NCBI RefSeq assembly: GCF_036971445.1
Contig: NC_091473.1
Coordinates: forward strand, 188,852,001 to 188,916,000
Direction of reading: 5' to 3'
DNA: 64,000 nucleotides
Source: Narcine bancroftii
Taxonomy: Eukaryota
This document shows positions 1-9,747 of this stretch, piece after piece. Made by a program: the position numbers and the translations under genes. Every line of letters starts with the position of its first letter. The stretch's first letter is position 1. Under the pieces are notes generated by a model. It saw nothing but the letters and a program-made list of their open reading frames with translations, was not told where the DNA came from and did not search any database.

Positions 1-795
1 AGATAGTCAGAATGGTTCAACGGTGGCTAGAAGATAGGTACCAGAGAATGTCGGTCAGGGTGAAGGCCAGTAATGAGCGATGTGCCTCACGGATCGGTGT
101 TGGGCCCCTTGATGTTCGTTATTTACATTAATGATTTGGATGATAGTGTGGTAAATGATGTTAGTAAATATGCTGACGATCCAAAGATAGGGTGAGTTGT
201 GGATAGTGAGGATGGTTTTCGGGAACTGCAGAAGGATTTGGACTGCTTAGAAGAGTGGGCTGAAACACGGAAGATGGAGTTTAATGTAGATAAGTGTGAA
301 GTGCTTCATGTTGGGAAGAATAATTAAAATAGGACGTATGCACTGAGGTGAAGGGTGTTGAGGTATACAGAGGAACAGAGATCTTGGAATAATGGTTCAT
401 CGTTCTTTGAAAGTGGAATCTCATGAAGTAGGCTTTTGGTCTGGTGACCTTTATACATCAAAGCATAGAATATAGGAGGCGGGAGATAATGTTGAGACTG
501 TTCAAGGCTTTTGTGAGGCCAAGATTGGAATATTGTGTGCAGTTTTGGTCTCCAAATTATAGGAAGGGTATTAATAAGGTAGAGAGGATGGCAGAGTGGA
601 ATGACCTTCCGGAGGTTGTGGTTGCAGCAGGGCCAATATTGTCAATTAAGTGGAGGTTCGATGAGTTCATGAATGTGAAGCGTTTGAAGGGTTATGGGCA
701 TGTGCAGGAAGGTGTGATTAGTAGAGTTCACTTAAATAATTGCGGACTAGAGTGGCTGAGATGGCCTGTTTCCGTTATGTAATTGTTATTATGTG
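1..795 (+). mobile_element. Decayed CR1 LINE, RT C-terminal half and 3' end (continues from the previous unit)
   Basis: FVIYINDLD, KYADD and RPRLEYCVQFWSP motifs with stops and frameshifts; CR1-type 3' end 'tggcctgtttccgttatgtaattgttattatg'. Confidence 0.9.
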
Positions 796-804
796 TAAAT
801 GTGC

Positions 805-915
805 TAATCCATTTTCCCCCACTCAGCCCCCCTGCTCGGGCCTCTCCTCATAACCTTTGATGTCCGGGCTAATCAAGAACCTATCAATCTCTGTCTTAAA
901 TAAACCCAATGATGT
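805..915 (-). mobile_element. Short antisense CR1 3' fragment
   Basis: 'cataacctttgatgtccgggctaatcaagaacctatcaatctctgtcttaaa' is the reverse complement of a CR1 ORF2 end (FKTEIDRFLI..IKGY). Confidence 0.65.
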
Positions 916-964
916 TATGATCATTGGATGGATGAGGAGAACGGACAAAGCAGTGACAAATGAA

Positions 965-1088
965 ATACAACATCTAAATGTCCGCCAGGCCAGGAAAACC
1001 CTTCGGGAGGCAGGTCTGTCAGTGACTATTGTCCGCAGAAGACTTCATGAACAGAAACGCAGAGGCTACATTGCAAGATGCCAATAGT
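965..1088 (+). mobile_element. Tc1 transposase fragment in the + orientation
   Basis: VRQARKTLREAGLSVTIVRRRLHEQKRRGYIARC resembles the second HTH region of Tc1 transposases. Confidence 0.7.
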
Positions 1089-1109
1089 TGTATGTTTTAT
1101 ATCTTGGGC

Positions 1110-1909
1110 AATTCCTTTACGTTTCCACACTTTGCACTTGCCCTCACTCTGACGCAGGTTAATCTTGGTCTCATCTGTCCACAAGACCATTTTACAGAAT
1201 TATTCAGCCTCTTTTAAATACTTCTTGGCGAACCGTAATCTGGCCTTCTTTTCTGCGACCAACTAGTGGTTTGCATCTTGCAGTGTTGTTCATGAGCCTT
1301 TCAACGGATAGTTGTCACCTGCCTCATGAAGGGTGTTTCTGATCTGTCGGATTAGCGTTTGGGGATTTTTCTTCCAGATGATGAGAATTTCCCTGTTATC
1401 ATTAGAGAGATCCTTCCTGATAATGCCAGTCCCTTTCTGATTACTGAGCTCACTAGGACGTTCCTTCTTAATAATAATATTCCATACGCTTGATTTCGGT
1501 AATCCTGACCGATGATTCTTACTGTTCTATTCCTGTTTTTCCACCTTATAATGGCTAATTTGTCATTCATTGGCAAAAAGCATGTTGAAAAATGGCACCT
1601 ACAGAATATAAAAGTTTAGAAGCCAGCCCAGCCCTCTTATACTTACACCAATGAAGCAATTAAACATACCTGAGTTCTCACAAACACCTGTGAAGCCAGA
1701 CATTCTGGCGCCCTGATACGAAGGGACCATGAATAAACAGGACTGTAATTTATACACGGTCAAACCAAAATCTATCTAAATAACTTTTAATGAAATCTGG
1801 AATGTGCACTTAAATTATATTTGAATTCTTTGAACACAAATTTCAAATTGTGGAGCGCAGTGGAAAAGAAAGAAATCTGTGCTTGTCCCAAACTCTATGG
1901 ATTGTGTTG
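1110..1909 (-). mobile_element. Decayed Tc1/mariner DNA transposon: left end plus 5' part of the transposase (copies at +12002, +28283, +40289, +52295)
   Basis: Minus strand has an N-terminal HTH remnant (PMNDKLAIIRWKNRNRTVR) and VLWTDETKINL (first Asp of the DDE triad) at about 1155-1190. A TIR-like end 'caacacaatccatagagtttgggacaa' lies near 1909. Confidence 0.8.
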
Positions 1910-2859
1910 CATTTGGATTGGAAACGCCCTGAGCTGACTCCGTCGGCTTCGAGAGTCCGGTTTGCGAATTAACTGAATAACCGAGGTGATCGGAAATTTC
2001 ACCGCGTTGACCAGATTCTCCCTGAACTTGGACTGAGTCAAGGCGTAAATAAAGGTGTTGGTGCAGCAACTTAAAGTCAACAGCAGCTGCCCCACCTGGA
2101 GAAATATGACTTCGGAGTCGTTGTGGTGATTGGGGTCCGCCCCGGCGGCTGTGTAGTAAAGGAAATGGACAACGTGCACCGACCACAACAGGATGAAGCT
2201 GCCGGAGATGGCGAAGAGTAAGATCATAGACCTCCGCCTGCTTTCCATCTCCGGGTCACTGCGGCTTCCTCCGCCTCTCTGACCCCTTAGCCCCCGACGG
2301 ATGCGACTGGAGAAGACAACGTGCCGCACCGTCAGAGCGTTGAACAACAAAATCAAAGCAAAAGGGATCAGCGGCATTATTAAGGTGTTCACCCAGTCAA
2401 AGGCCACCCAGCCAGGATCCGTGAAATAACTTGCCTTCTGCAAACAGAACCACGGGACGTTGTCAACCACTCTCAGGGGTTCATATGTGAAGTAGTAGGG
2501 AATCCTCTGTAAAGAGAGAAGAACGCTCGTCGTGGTCATCACGGCGGACGCGGTTTTCCCAGTGCAGAATTTCGTCTTCAGCTTCTGGAAGCAGATGGCG
2601 ACAAATCGATCGAAGGTGAAGGTGACGGTGAACCAGACGGAACAGCCGGTGACAACACGACCCAGGACTGAGATGAGGCTGCACACGGGGGTGATGTGAA
2701 GGAAAACGCCGGGGAAGTAATAATAACTGAACCGCCACAGGACGACATTGATGAGGATGATCAGTTGGTCCGCCGCTGCCATGGCCACCAGGTAGCGGGT
2801 GGTGCAGATGGAGAGTCCGCACCTTCCGCGGGACAGGACTGCAAGCGCCACTACATTCG
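1895..2859 (-). CDS. GPR139-like: GPR139/GPR142-like class A GPCR, exon 2 (copy 1); spliced product 343 aa
   Basis: Open 7TM frame: ANVVALAVLSRGRCGLS, YLVAMAAAD (TM2), CSVWFTVTFTFDRFVAIC (TM3, DRF), WFC (ECL2), PFALILLFNALTVRH (TM5), DPEMESRRRSMILLFAISGSFILLW (TM6), LSCCTNTFIYALTQSKFR (TM7/H8). Acceptor is a pyrimidine tract + AG (ttccatttccttcacag|CGAAT) at 2861-2860. Family-level call, not an orthologue call. Confidence 0.9.
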
Positions 2860-3359
2860 CTGTGAAGGAAATGGAAAGGACGATGAGATTTCGGGCCAAT
2901 TGCTCCTTCATTACACCTGCACAATGAAGATTTTGCTTCCTGAACACGTGTAGGTGTATTTCATGGAGTGTTGTGTTGGTGCTCATGAGAATCACCTTAA
3001 AATGTTCCTAATTCTTTCATTTCTCTCCATCCAGACGGAAGTAACCTTCGCTCACCCCTGCCCAGATTCTCCCTCTTTCCTGCTCCCTGTCTCCAACTAC
3101 TCAACTCACATTCCCCTGCAACTACCCTGCCCCTCACCATTATTCCTGTATAACTAGATGGAACCTATTTCTGTGATTTTCATATTTTGTCTACTTCAAA
3201 TATAACAAGGCCATTGACAATGGACAATACAACATACCGTTGGCAAATAATTTACTGCAGTCGCACTTGGTCTTCTTTTCTGCTGATCTGCGTTCAGTGA
3301 CGAACATAGTGCTTTTCCAACTTCCGACCTGATACATCAAATTTGAACTTACCATTGTT

Positions 3360-3461
3360 CAGTGGTTCCCAACCATTTCTTTCCACTCAGACACAACTTT
3401 AATTGTTCCCTCCGCCATCGGCGCTCTTTGATTAATAAGGGATTGCTTAAGGTGGTGTGTG
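3360..3461 (+). mobile_element. hAT/Charlie-like MITE fragment in the intron
   Basis: Starts with 'cagtggttcccaacc', a Charlie-type TIR; the right end is lost in the adjacent microsatellite. Confidence 0.55.
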
Positions 3462-3785
3462 TTTATTTATCTATCCATCCTTTTTTCTGTCTATCCATTT
3501 ATCCATTTATCTATCAATCGATCCATTTATCTCTCTATCCATTCACTTATTTATCTGTCTATCAGTCCAACCATTTANNNNNNNNNNNNNNNNNNNNNNN
3601 NNNNNNNNNNNNNNNNNNNNNNNNNNNNNNNNNNNNNNNNNNNNNNNNNNNNNNNNNNNNNNNNNNNNNNNNNNNNNNNNNNNNNNNNNNNNNNNNNNNN
3701 NNNNNNNNNNNNNNNNNNNNNNNNNNNNNNNNNNNNNNNNNNNNNNNNNNNNNNNNNNNNNNNNNNNNNNNNNNNNNNNNNNNNN
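3462..3785. repeat. Degenerate (TATC/CATC)n microsatellite followed by an N run (3578-3785; copies 15580-15791, 31861-32072, 43867-44078, 55873-56084)
   Basis: Visible tatc/ccat repeats. N runs of 208, 212, 212, 212 and 212 nt sit at the same unit position. Confidence 0.85.
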
Positions 3786-4435
3786 ATATTGAAACGTAAC
3801 AAATCCGACAGCCCGACATCACATCAACGGACTGAAGGAGCAGCGCTCATTGATATTATACACAATGTGTTCGAGGAAGCTGTGAGCAAAGTAATTTGTT
3901 TAAATAAAAACGACTGAACTCTCCAACACAAAGAACAACAGCGCTTTGAAAATCCTGTATCAACATCAGCAGCTCCCCCTGTTGACAGATACCACGCCAC
4001 TTGGTTTGACCATTGGCAAAAGATACTGCATCAGGACAGTAAACGATACGCTGCAGAGCGGACACCCGCGTCCTTCCCACCGTAACAGACGAAAGGGTTG
4101 ACACTTTGTTCTCTGCTCAGAATATTGGGCTTAATGGACGACAACTCCGAGAATCCATTATTTGTCCGTCTGCCAATATTTCCCGCACACCCTAGCATGT
4201 CACCAGGTCCCTCTCTCCGCTTTCCGCTTGAAGGGATCTGTTGGAAGCTTCCCACAATGGAGTGTAACGTGGTTCAAATAACAATATCAAAAAATGTGAA
4301 TAACCCGTCAGTCCTGTCTAATCAATGTTCAGAATCCGCACAGTGATATATTGATCAGTGCGCACCGTGAACCTGCGATGTCAAAACCTTCTGCCAGGCT
4401 CCTTTTAATTGTCGCTTTGAACGGAAACAGCAGAG

Positions 4436-4632
4436 AGAGGGCACGGTTGGCGCAACGCTTTCACAGCGCCAGAGATGGGGACCTGGGTTCCAATCCCGCT
4501 GTCTATTAGGAGTTTGGACGCTCTGTCCGTGTCACTTTTCCCCGGGGGGTTCCTGTGTCTTCCCACAGGTGGTGTCGGTCAATTGGGTAGCATGGGCTGG
4601 TGGGCCGAAATGGCCCGTTCCCGTGCCTAAAT
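4436..4632 (+). mobile_element. tRNA-derived SINE (HE1/V-SINE-like) with CR1-like tail, in the intron
   Basis: Head 'ggcacggttggcgcaacgctttcacagcgccagag...cctgggttccaatccc' has A/B-box-like motifs. Core 'ggagtttggacgctctgtccgtgtc...ttttccccggggggttcc'; tail 'gggccgaaatggcccgtt' resembles the CR1 3' ends in the unit. Confidence 0.7.
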
Positions 4633-4773
4633 TGAACAAGCGCAAAGGGAGTGAAGGAAAGGTTCCTCCGGGTTCTCGTGTGCCAAGAACCATCATCCCG
4701 GAGACGGCATTATTTAAAAAATCAACTAAAAACTCACGCACAACTGTAAAGTTGAGGCAGTCACTGTTCTTAC

Positions 4774-4840
4774 CAGGAACTCCAAGAAGAGCAATGAAGA
4801 TATAAACAATTCTTATGAAACGGTAAAACGCGCTGAGCAT
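4774..4840 (-). CDS. GPR139-like: GPR139-like GPCR, exon 1 (copy 1): MLSAFYRFIRIVYIFIALLGVP
   Basis: ATG at 4840, then a hydrophobic first half of TM1 and donor CCTG|GTAAG at 4773. The phase-1 join G+CG gives Ala and restores ...LLGVPANVVAL, with the conserved TM1 Asn. Confidence 0.88.
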
Positions 4841-4911
4841 GTTCTGTGAGCATCAACCTGTCTTCCAGCTTCAGCCAATCTCTCTGAAGTCAAGGCATCG
4901 CACGCCCAATA

Positions 4912-4918
4912 ATTTATA
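4912..4918 (-). promoter_or_regulatory. Candidate TATA box of the GPCR gene (present in all five gene copies)
   Basis: Minus strand reads GGTATAAATT about 72 nt upstream of the exon 1 ATG, in non-TE sequence between the ATG and the next CR1. Confidence 0.5.
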
Positions 4919-5004
4919 CCTGCGGATTCTTTGCGGCTCCAAGGTCATTGAAACGTTATGGCTCAATATAGATGGAAAAATGAAAACACATTACGTTATT
5001 TGAG

Positions 5005-5935
5005 TCAGGTTCCAAGGATCTGCACTGGGTCTGTTGTTGTTTGTTATATACATCAATGATCTTGAGATGATGGGGTAGAAAATTGGAATAGTAATTAGGC
5101 GGATGATACTTTGTGCATAATGAAGAAGGTTTTTAAATATTGCAGAGAGATTTGGGTCAGTGAGAAGAGTGGGCTGAAAGTTGGGAAATAGGGTTCAATG
5201 TGCAAGTGGAACAAGTCGGACTAATCACAATAGGACCCACATGGGCCAAATGGTGGGGCGTGAAAGAATGCAATTGAACAAAGAGATCTAGGAATAGTGG
5301 TGCACAGTTCCCTGAAGGTGGATAGGGTAGTGAAGAATGCTGTTCTTTAGAAATCTGAGCACAGAGGGAAAGGTTTGGGAGGGAATGTTAAAATTGTACA
5401 AGGCATTGGTGAGACTACAATTGGAATATTGTGTTCCGTTCTGCTCACCAAATTACAGGAAGGATATGAACAGAATTATCTGTGGGTTTCAGCACCCAGT
5501 TACAGAGAATGTTTAAACCAGTTAGGGCTTTATTCCTTAGAGTGTAGAAGGCTGAGAGGTGGGGGGTGGGGGTATATTATCAAATTGAAAGTTAAGGTGG
5601 ATCGATAGAGTAGATGTGGATGGACGTTGTCCATTGAGTAGAGGAGAGATTCAAACCAGAGGACATGAGCTGAGAGTTTATGGGGGCAAAAGTTTAGGTG
5701 CAACACAAGTGGGAGTTTCTATACTCGGAGAGCGGAGACTGTGTGTAATGAGTTTCCAGTGGATACAGGTACAATACTATCTTTAAAGAAAAAATTGGTT
5801 AGGTGTATTGATGGCAAAGGTTTGGAGGGTTATGGGCAGAGAGCAGATCATTGGGACGAGCAGAATTTAAGAGTTACAGCACATACAAGATGGGCCATAA
5901 ATGGCCTGTTTCCTCGCTGTAATTGTCATATGGTT
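5005..5935 (+). mobile_element. Decayed 5'-truncated CR1 LINE
   Basis: VPRGSxLG-like and FVIYINDL motifs, 'ttggaatattgtgt', LGLYSLE; 3' end 'tggcctgtttcctcgctgtaattgtcatatgg'. Confidence 0.85.
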
Positions 5936-6172
5936 ATCCGGTCATTACAGTTCTGGGCCAGAATAGACAAGTGCAATCCTAGAAACCAAGGAAGCGCGGC
6001 ATTGTTAAACCCTCTGGGGCCAACCTCTGCCTATTTGACGTTGTTCATTGCTCTGCTCTTTTAATTTTGTCAACGAAGTTTCGACATTTCACTTTTCTCA
6101 CCAGGATTTCCCTTTGACTAATGGTCTCAATTAGAGATCGGTTTTAATAGAAAGGATTAACATCTTGATAGG

Positions 6173-6455
6173 TGTGGTGATACACCACTAGCCTATTACA
6201 GGGGGCGACCTGTGTACCTGTAGCAAGAGCACAGGAAAACATGATAGCACCTGGCCGGCTGTCAATCAGACGACCTGAATAGTCCAAGCCCCACCGTCGG
6301 CTGCCAATCATCCTCTGGAAAATAAGCCACATCCATCCCCTCGTGGGCAGCCACTGGGGGCTAAAGCTAACTGCAGCAGGGACTTTAAGTGGAATAAAGC
6401 CTGTTAAGCAGTCTTTAAGTATTGTTTCGGCTTTTCTGTCCGACAGCGTGCCACA
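6173..6455 (+). mobile_element. Solo LTR, 283 bp (copies 18179-18461, 34460-34742, 46466-46748, 58472-58754)
   Basis: TGTGG...CCACA termini, AATAAA near 6393, and flanking 5-mers atagg/atacg (TSD with one mismatch). Confidence 0.75.
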
Positions 6456-6689
6456 ATACGTCAGCTCATTTCCTACGTCAGCTCATTTCTTATACACCAA
6501 TCTTCTGAAGGAACTGGAACACTTAAACACCTGCAGATCCCAAAATAATGCAAATGGTAAAAGCAGATGAGAAGGATGAAGTCACCAGCAGAACGAGCCG
6601 GCTCAAATCAACACCGGGTTCACGCTGAAAAGAAGCAAATGCCTCACATAATCGATATGCCGGTTCGATGCAGCATACAGACACATATA

Positions 6690-6980
6690 TTTACCAGCTG
6701 GAGAGATGGGCTGCCAAATGGCAGGTGGAAGTGCGGACAAGTGCAAGCAGTTGCACTTTGGGAGCACTGATCAAATTAGGACATAACACTGCCAAAAGTT
6801 GTTCACTGAAGAGGGAACACATGGATCTGGGAACACAAATTCCTGGATCGGGGGTTAAGGGGTGCTTTGGTATCTTTGCCTTCAAATAGCAAAGTATGCA
6901 GTCTAGGAATTGGGAGGTTATGGTAAAGTTGTAGAAGATACTTGTGAGGGCAATGTTAGAGTGTGGCTCCTTCAATTTGC
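6690..6980 (+). mobile_element. Decayed CR1 fragment
   Basis: QLERWAAKWQVE and 'gcactttggg...gggaggttatggtaaagttgtagaagatacttgtgagggcaatgttagagtg' match CR1 ORF2 post-RT sequence. Confidence 0.7.
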
Positions 6981-7449
6981 AGGTGGACGCAGCCTGGGAG
7001 TGCTTGAGGGCATTTGCAACACTCTTATTTGGATATTTTACTTTTTAAACAAACCTTGTAATTTGTTGAACATTCATGAAACCTACAGAGTCTGTATTTA
7101 TCCCTCATCTTCGTACAAGTGGAAGTACCATCAATTAAATCACCTCGACAGCGAGATAAATCACGCCCCATATATTCCCCCTGCTTTCCCATCTCCCAAT
7201 TTATTTTTACCCTCTCCTCCCACCTACCTCCCCGAGCAGCAATAACCAAGCTCTTGGCGCCAACCAACCCCCACCCCCATCATTTTCAGAAGGGCCTAAT
7301 GAACGCATCTCCTACTTATATCTCCCTCCCTTCACTTGAAATCCTTGTATTCATTCTTACTCTCTAATATGCATTCTTCATTAAACATTTACATGATGAA
7401 AAAACCACATATATCCCACTTCATATTCCTCACAATTACAATAGTTACA

Positions 7450-7880
7450 GTACTTTTTAAAAACATTTTATTTAAAATTTAAAATCACTTAACATAACAT
7501 TAGGTACTACATATTAATACAGACATTATGTGATTAATTTTTTTATATATAAACCCCTCTCCCAACCACCTCACTAATACCCTCCCTCCTCCCTTCCCCA
7601 CCTACAAAGAGTAAGATCATCTTCTACTACAATTACATTTAAACATTTCGGCTGCAGGAATGGTGGCACCGATCAGAGCGGACTGAGAGTTTAGATTCTA
7701 ACACCAATAGTTTTCAAATAAGGGTTCCAAATTTTTGTAAAGAAAAAAATATTGATCTCTTAAATTATATGTAATCGATTCTGAAGAAATACAGGCTTTC
7801 AGTTCGTAATGACATCCTATCAACCTAAAACCGAGTCAGAGTTCCTTGTAATAGCTAAACGCTTCTTAGAAACCACCAGA
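7450..7880 (-). mobile_element. L1-clade LINE 3' end, decayed
   Basis: Minus strand has KKRLAITRNSDS and ITYNLR..FFTKIWNPYL remnants, a G-rich 3' UTR and a poly(A) signal (tttatt on the + strand). Confidence 0.6.
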
Positions 7881-7899
7881 GGCAAAACGTAAAATTTCC

Positions 7900-8965
7900 C
7901 AAACCGTATGTTCATAAATCAAGAATGAAATGGGAATCAGATTTCGATATAAGCATTGATGAAAGGGTTTGCAGAAATTTTTGCAAAGATAATATGACTA
8001 AGGTAATAAATGTACGTTATAGATTAGTGCAGTACAATTTTTACATCAATTGCATTTGATTATGTATAACGCGAAATTTTCAGCTTAGTTCTTCAGATTT
8101 GTTTTTTTAAACTTTATTTGATATTTTTCAATAAGAATAAACAGACGTTTACAGAATAATTAATCTAATAATTATAAAACAATAAAACTAACCCACCCTC
8201 ACCCTCCTCCCACAACAGATCCCTCAAGGGAAGCATTAAAGATAAACAAAAACATTCAGTAATTTACAATATTACTAAATTCATATTCTTTATATAAGGT
8301 GTCCACAGCTTAACAAAAATTCATAATTATCATGTAAATTGTATGTTATTTTCTCCATATAAATACACGATTTCAACACATGCCATTGAGTTAAATTTAA
8401 CTGCGCTTCATCTTTCCAAGACATGCCAATACATTCACGAGCAACTGTCAATGTTAGACCAATAAACACTGTCTGAAACTTATCCAACCCCAATTCCACT
8501 AACGGAATAAAAGAGCTGAACAAAAAAAATTTGGATCTAAAGGAAAATGAATATTAAACAAATTTAGAAGAAAAATCTTAATTTTAAACCAGAAAAGAAT
8601 GAACTTTATCACAAAACCAAACAGAAGGTAGAAATGTTCCAATACATAATCCACACCTAAAACACAGATATGAATTACTGTCCATATTTTTAATCAATAT
8701 TACAGGGGTTAAATATAACTGATATGAAAAATTAGAATTAACCATACTATGTCTTACATTAATTTATTTAGTCAACCCATTATAACACATATTTTCAAAT
8801 TAGTTCTTCAGATTATGTTTTAGATGTGACCCAGAAGTGGGTACTTTTTTTCATTCGGCGTGGACCTGTCGTAAGATTAAAAGTTTTTGGCTGCAAATTA
8901 AATCGTGTTTGGAACACATATTAAAAAGTAAATTTACTTTTGGATCCAGTGTTGTTTTAATTAGT
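7900..8965 (+). mobile_element. L1-clade ORF2 C-terminal (zf-RVT) fragment, split by the nested insertion at 8100-8799
   Basis: Left piece reads INVRYRLVQYNFLHQL; right piece reads CFRCDPEVGTFFHSAWTCRKIKSFWLQI. Confidence 0.65.
8100..8799 (-). mobile_element. 5'-truncated L1-clade insertion with a 15-bp TSD
   Basis: ORF 8290-8523 reads LTVARECIGMSWK...MEKITYNL. Poly(A) tail and signal at 8102-8118; TSD ttagttcttcagatt at 8085-8099 and 8800-8814. Confidence 0.75.
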
Positions 8966-9525
8966 TGAGGCCAAGTTTGGAATATTGCGTGTGATTCTGA
9001 CCTCAAAATTATAGGAAGAATATCCGTAAGATTGAGACGGTTCAAAGAGGGTTTACGAAAATGTTTCCTGGATTGCAGTATCTAGAATATGGGGAAAGAT
9101 TGAGTAGACTAGGACTTTATTCATTGGAGCATAGAAGGTTGAGGTGGATTTGATAGAGGTATAGAAAATGATAAAGGGGATAGATAGAGTAGATGTGAAT
9201 ATGCTCTTTCCCCTGAGGATAGGGGAGATTGGAACCAGGGGACATGTAAAGGATTAGGGGCCAAAACCTTAGGTGTTATATCAGAAGATGCTTCTTCACT
9301 CAGAGAGTGGTGGCTGAGTGGAATGACCTTATGGAACAGGTAGTTGCAGCAGGGTCAATTCTGTCATTTAAAAGGTTAGATGAGTACATGGATGTGAGGA
9401 GGTTGGAGGGTTATGGGCCGGGAGAGGGTAGGTGGAACTAGAGGAGTTTCACGTAAATCGCAGCGGATTAGAAGGGCCGATATGGCCTGTTTCCGAACTG
9501 TAAATTGTTATAGAGTTATATTAAA
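8965..9525 (+). mobile_element. CR1 LINE 3' fragment
   Basis: RPSLEYCV, RLSRLGLYSLE, FFTQRVVAEWNDL; end 'tggcctgtttccgaactgtaaattgttatag'. Confidence 0.88.
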
Positions 9526-9747
9526 TTGATAGCTTTAAGATTGAGATTGACCATGTACCAAATTGAATAGTTACATACCCCCGTTTTTCACCTTATTTAC
9601 ATTTAATCCCGAAGCGGTGGCAAGGCTCTTAAAAAATCCACGGTCTCCCTTGGATCCTTTAAAAAAATTATTTCCCTCGCGCCCTTGCCATCTTCAGAGT
9701 AGTTGGGTGAAGGAGGGTAAACTCGATTCCATTTTGTTTAAAACTCT

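Noticed and set aside
2481-2953. Overlapping ORFs 2481-2924 (-) and 2696-2953 (+), and similarly 1815-2186 (-)
   Set aside because: These are shadow frames of a GC-rich GPCR exon with no independent motifs.
2860-2995. N-terminal 45 aa of the 366-aa ORF (intronless gene model)
   Set aside because: It starts at a non-ATG codon, lacks a proper TM1 and crosses a canonical acceptor; exon 1 at 4774-4840 fits in phase.
3362-3917. ORFs running through X residues
   Set aside because: Artefacts of the N runs and the microsatellite.
4436-4500. tRNA gene
   Set aside because: Only degenerate A/B boxes; it continues into a SINE core and CR1-like tail, and no cloverleaf is evident.
4532-4773. C-terminal part of the 102-aa ORF 4532-4840
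   Set aside because: It is read-through past the splice donor into intron and SINE sequence.
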